DNA of 64,000 nucleotides from a virus: IMG/VR virus record IMGVR_UViG_3300031688_000003, positions 32,001 to 96,000 of that record; one strand, 5' to 3'. Shown piece by piece: positions 63,794 to 64,000 of this stretch (position 1 is its first letter; each line of letters starts with the position of its first letter). The notes under the pieces were generated by a model. It saw only the letters and a program-made list of their open reading frames with translations, ran no database searches and was not told where the DNA came from. The position numbers and the translations under genes were made by a program.

Positions 63794-64000
63794 CTAGCTA
63801 ATTTCACACGCACCTCCTGCACAAGCTAACTCACCTTTAAGATCAGTATTATCTTCTATTTCAACTACATTATCTAGATTAATATCCATTAGAGATTTTA
63901 TTAATTCATTATATTTCTCTTCTGTAATGTCTTCAAATGGAGCTTGAATATATGTTCCACCATCATAGGGTAAGACAGCTAAACCATTATAGTGTTCTCT
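63794..64000 (-). CDS. nrdJ: C-terminal 68 aa of a class II (B12-dependent) ribonucleotide reductase, 5'-truncated; absent from the ORF track
   Basis: The minus strand reads REHYNGLAVLPYDGGTYIQAPFEDITEEKYNEL...DNTDLKGELACAGGACEIS*. The YxQAP(F/Y)E motif and terminal C-x-x-x-x-C redox pair are typical of RTPR-type NrdJ. Confidence 0.85.
   Translation of the reverse strand, partial: REHYNGLAVLPYDGGTYIQAPFEDITEEKYNELIKSLMDINLDNVVEIEDNTDLKGELACAGGACEIS

Larger units (their letters stand above)
1..64000 (+). mobile_element. Segment of a large crAss-like (Crassvirales-related) bacteriophage genome: tail and ejected-protein module plus the edge of the convergent replication module
   Basis: Gene order IHF-like, ring/tail-tubular, muzzle, giant cargo proteins and a DFDID-type virion RNAP matches the known crAss-like layout. 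ORFs are densely packed (TAATG stop/start overlaps at 14105 and 22599). Starts are A/T-rich and lack Shine-Dalgarno sequences, as in Bacteroidota. No host housekeeping genes are present. Confidence 0.88.

Noticed and set aside
63787-63836. Bidirectional terminator between the convergent genes (aggtgc...gcacct)
   Set aside because: The stem is short, the loop is about 35 nt, there is no U-tract, and one arm lies in nrdJ coding sequence.
1-64000. tRNA, rRNA or other structured RNA genes
   Set aside because: Intergenic gaps are at most ~125 nt, very AT-rich, and show no cloverleaf or T-loop signature.

Overview
This AT-rich, intron-free 64-kb window is read almost entirely on the + strand. It is best explained as the virion/late module of a large crAss-like (Crassvirales-related) phage infecting a Bacteroidota host, probably an aquatic flavobacterium. 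The order is: Cys-rich structural and fibre proteins (a 2198-aa adhesin with FN3, vWA-like and four LRR modules), a metallophosphoesterase, an IHF-like protein, two tail ring/tubular proteins, and a muzzle/tail-stabilisation protein carrying two inserted vWA domains. Six giant putative ejected (cargo) proteins follow, totalling 13,673 aa. One is a 5127-aa single-chain virion RNA polymerase (DFDID motif) with a zincin domain and an inserted GNAT domain. The window ends with the convergent 3' end of a class II ribonucleotide reductase. The most striking unexplained structure is a peptide junction, (K/R)x(Y/D/x)GG-(S/G)L-x-K-A-Q, repeated about 15 times across three adjacent cargo proteins. It divides them into cassettes, several of which look like ADP-ribosyltransferase folds, plus a lytic transglycosylase, an outer-membrane-like beta-barrel and a HiPIP-like Cys cluster. 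This suggests a polyprotein 'magazine' of injected effectors that is processed or sorted at Gly-Gly sites. All domain calls come from reading motifs by eye; no searches were run.
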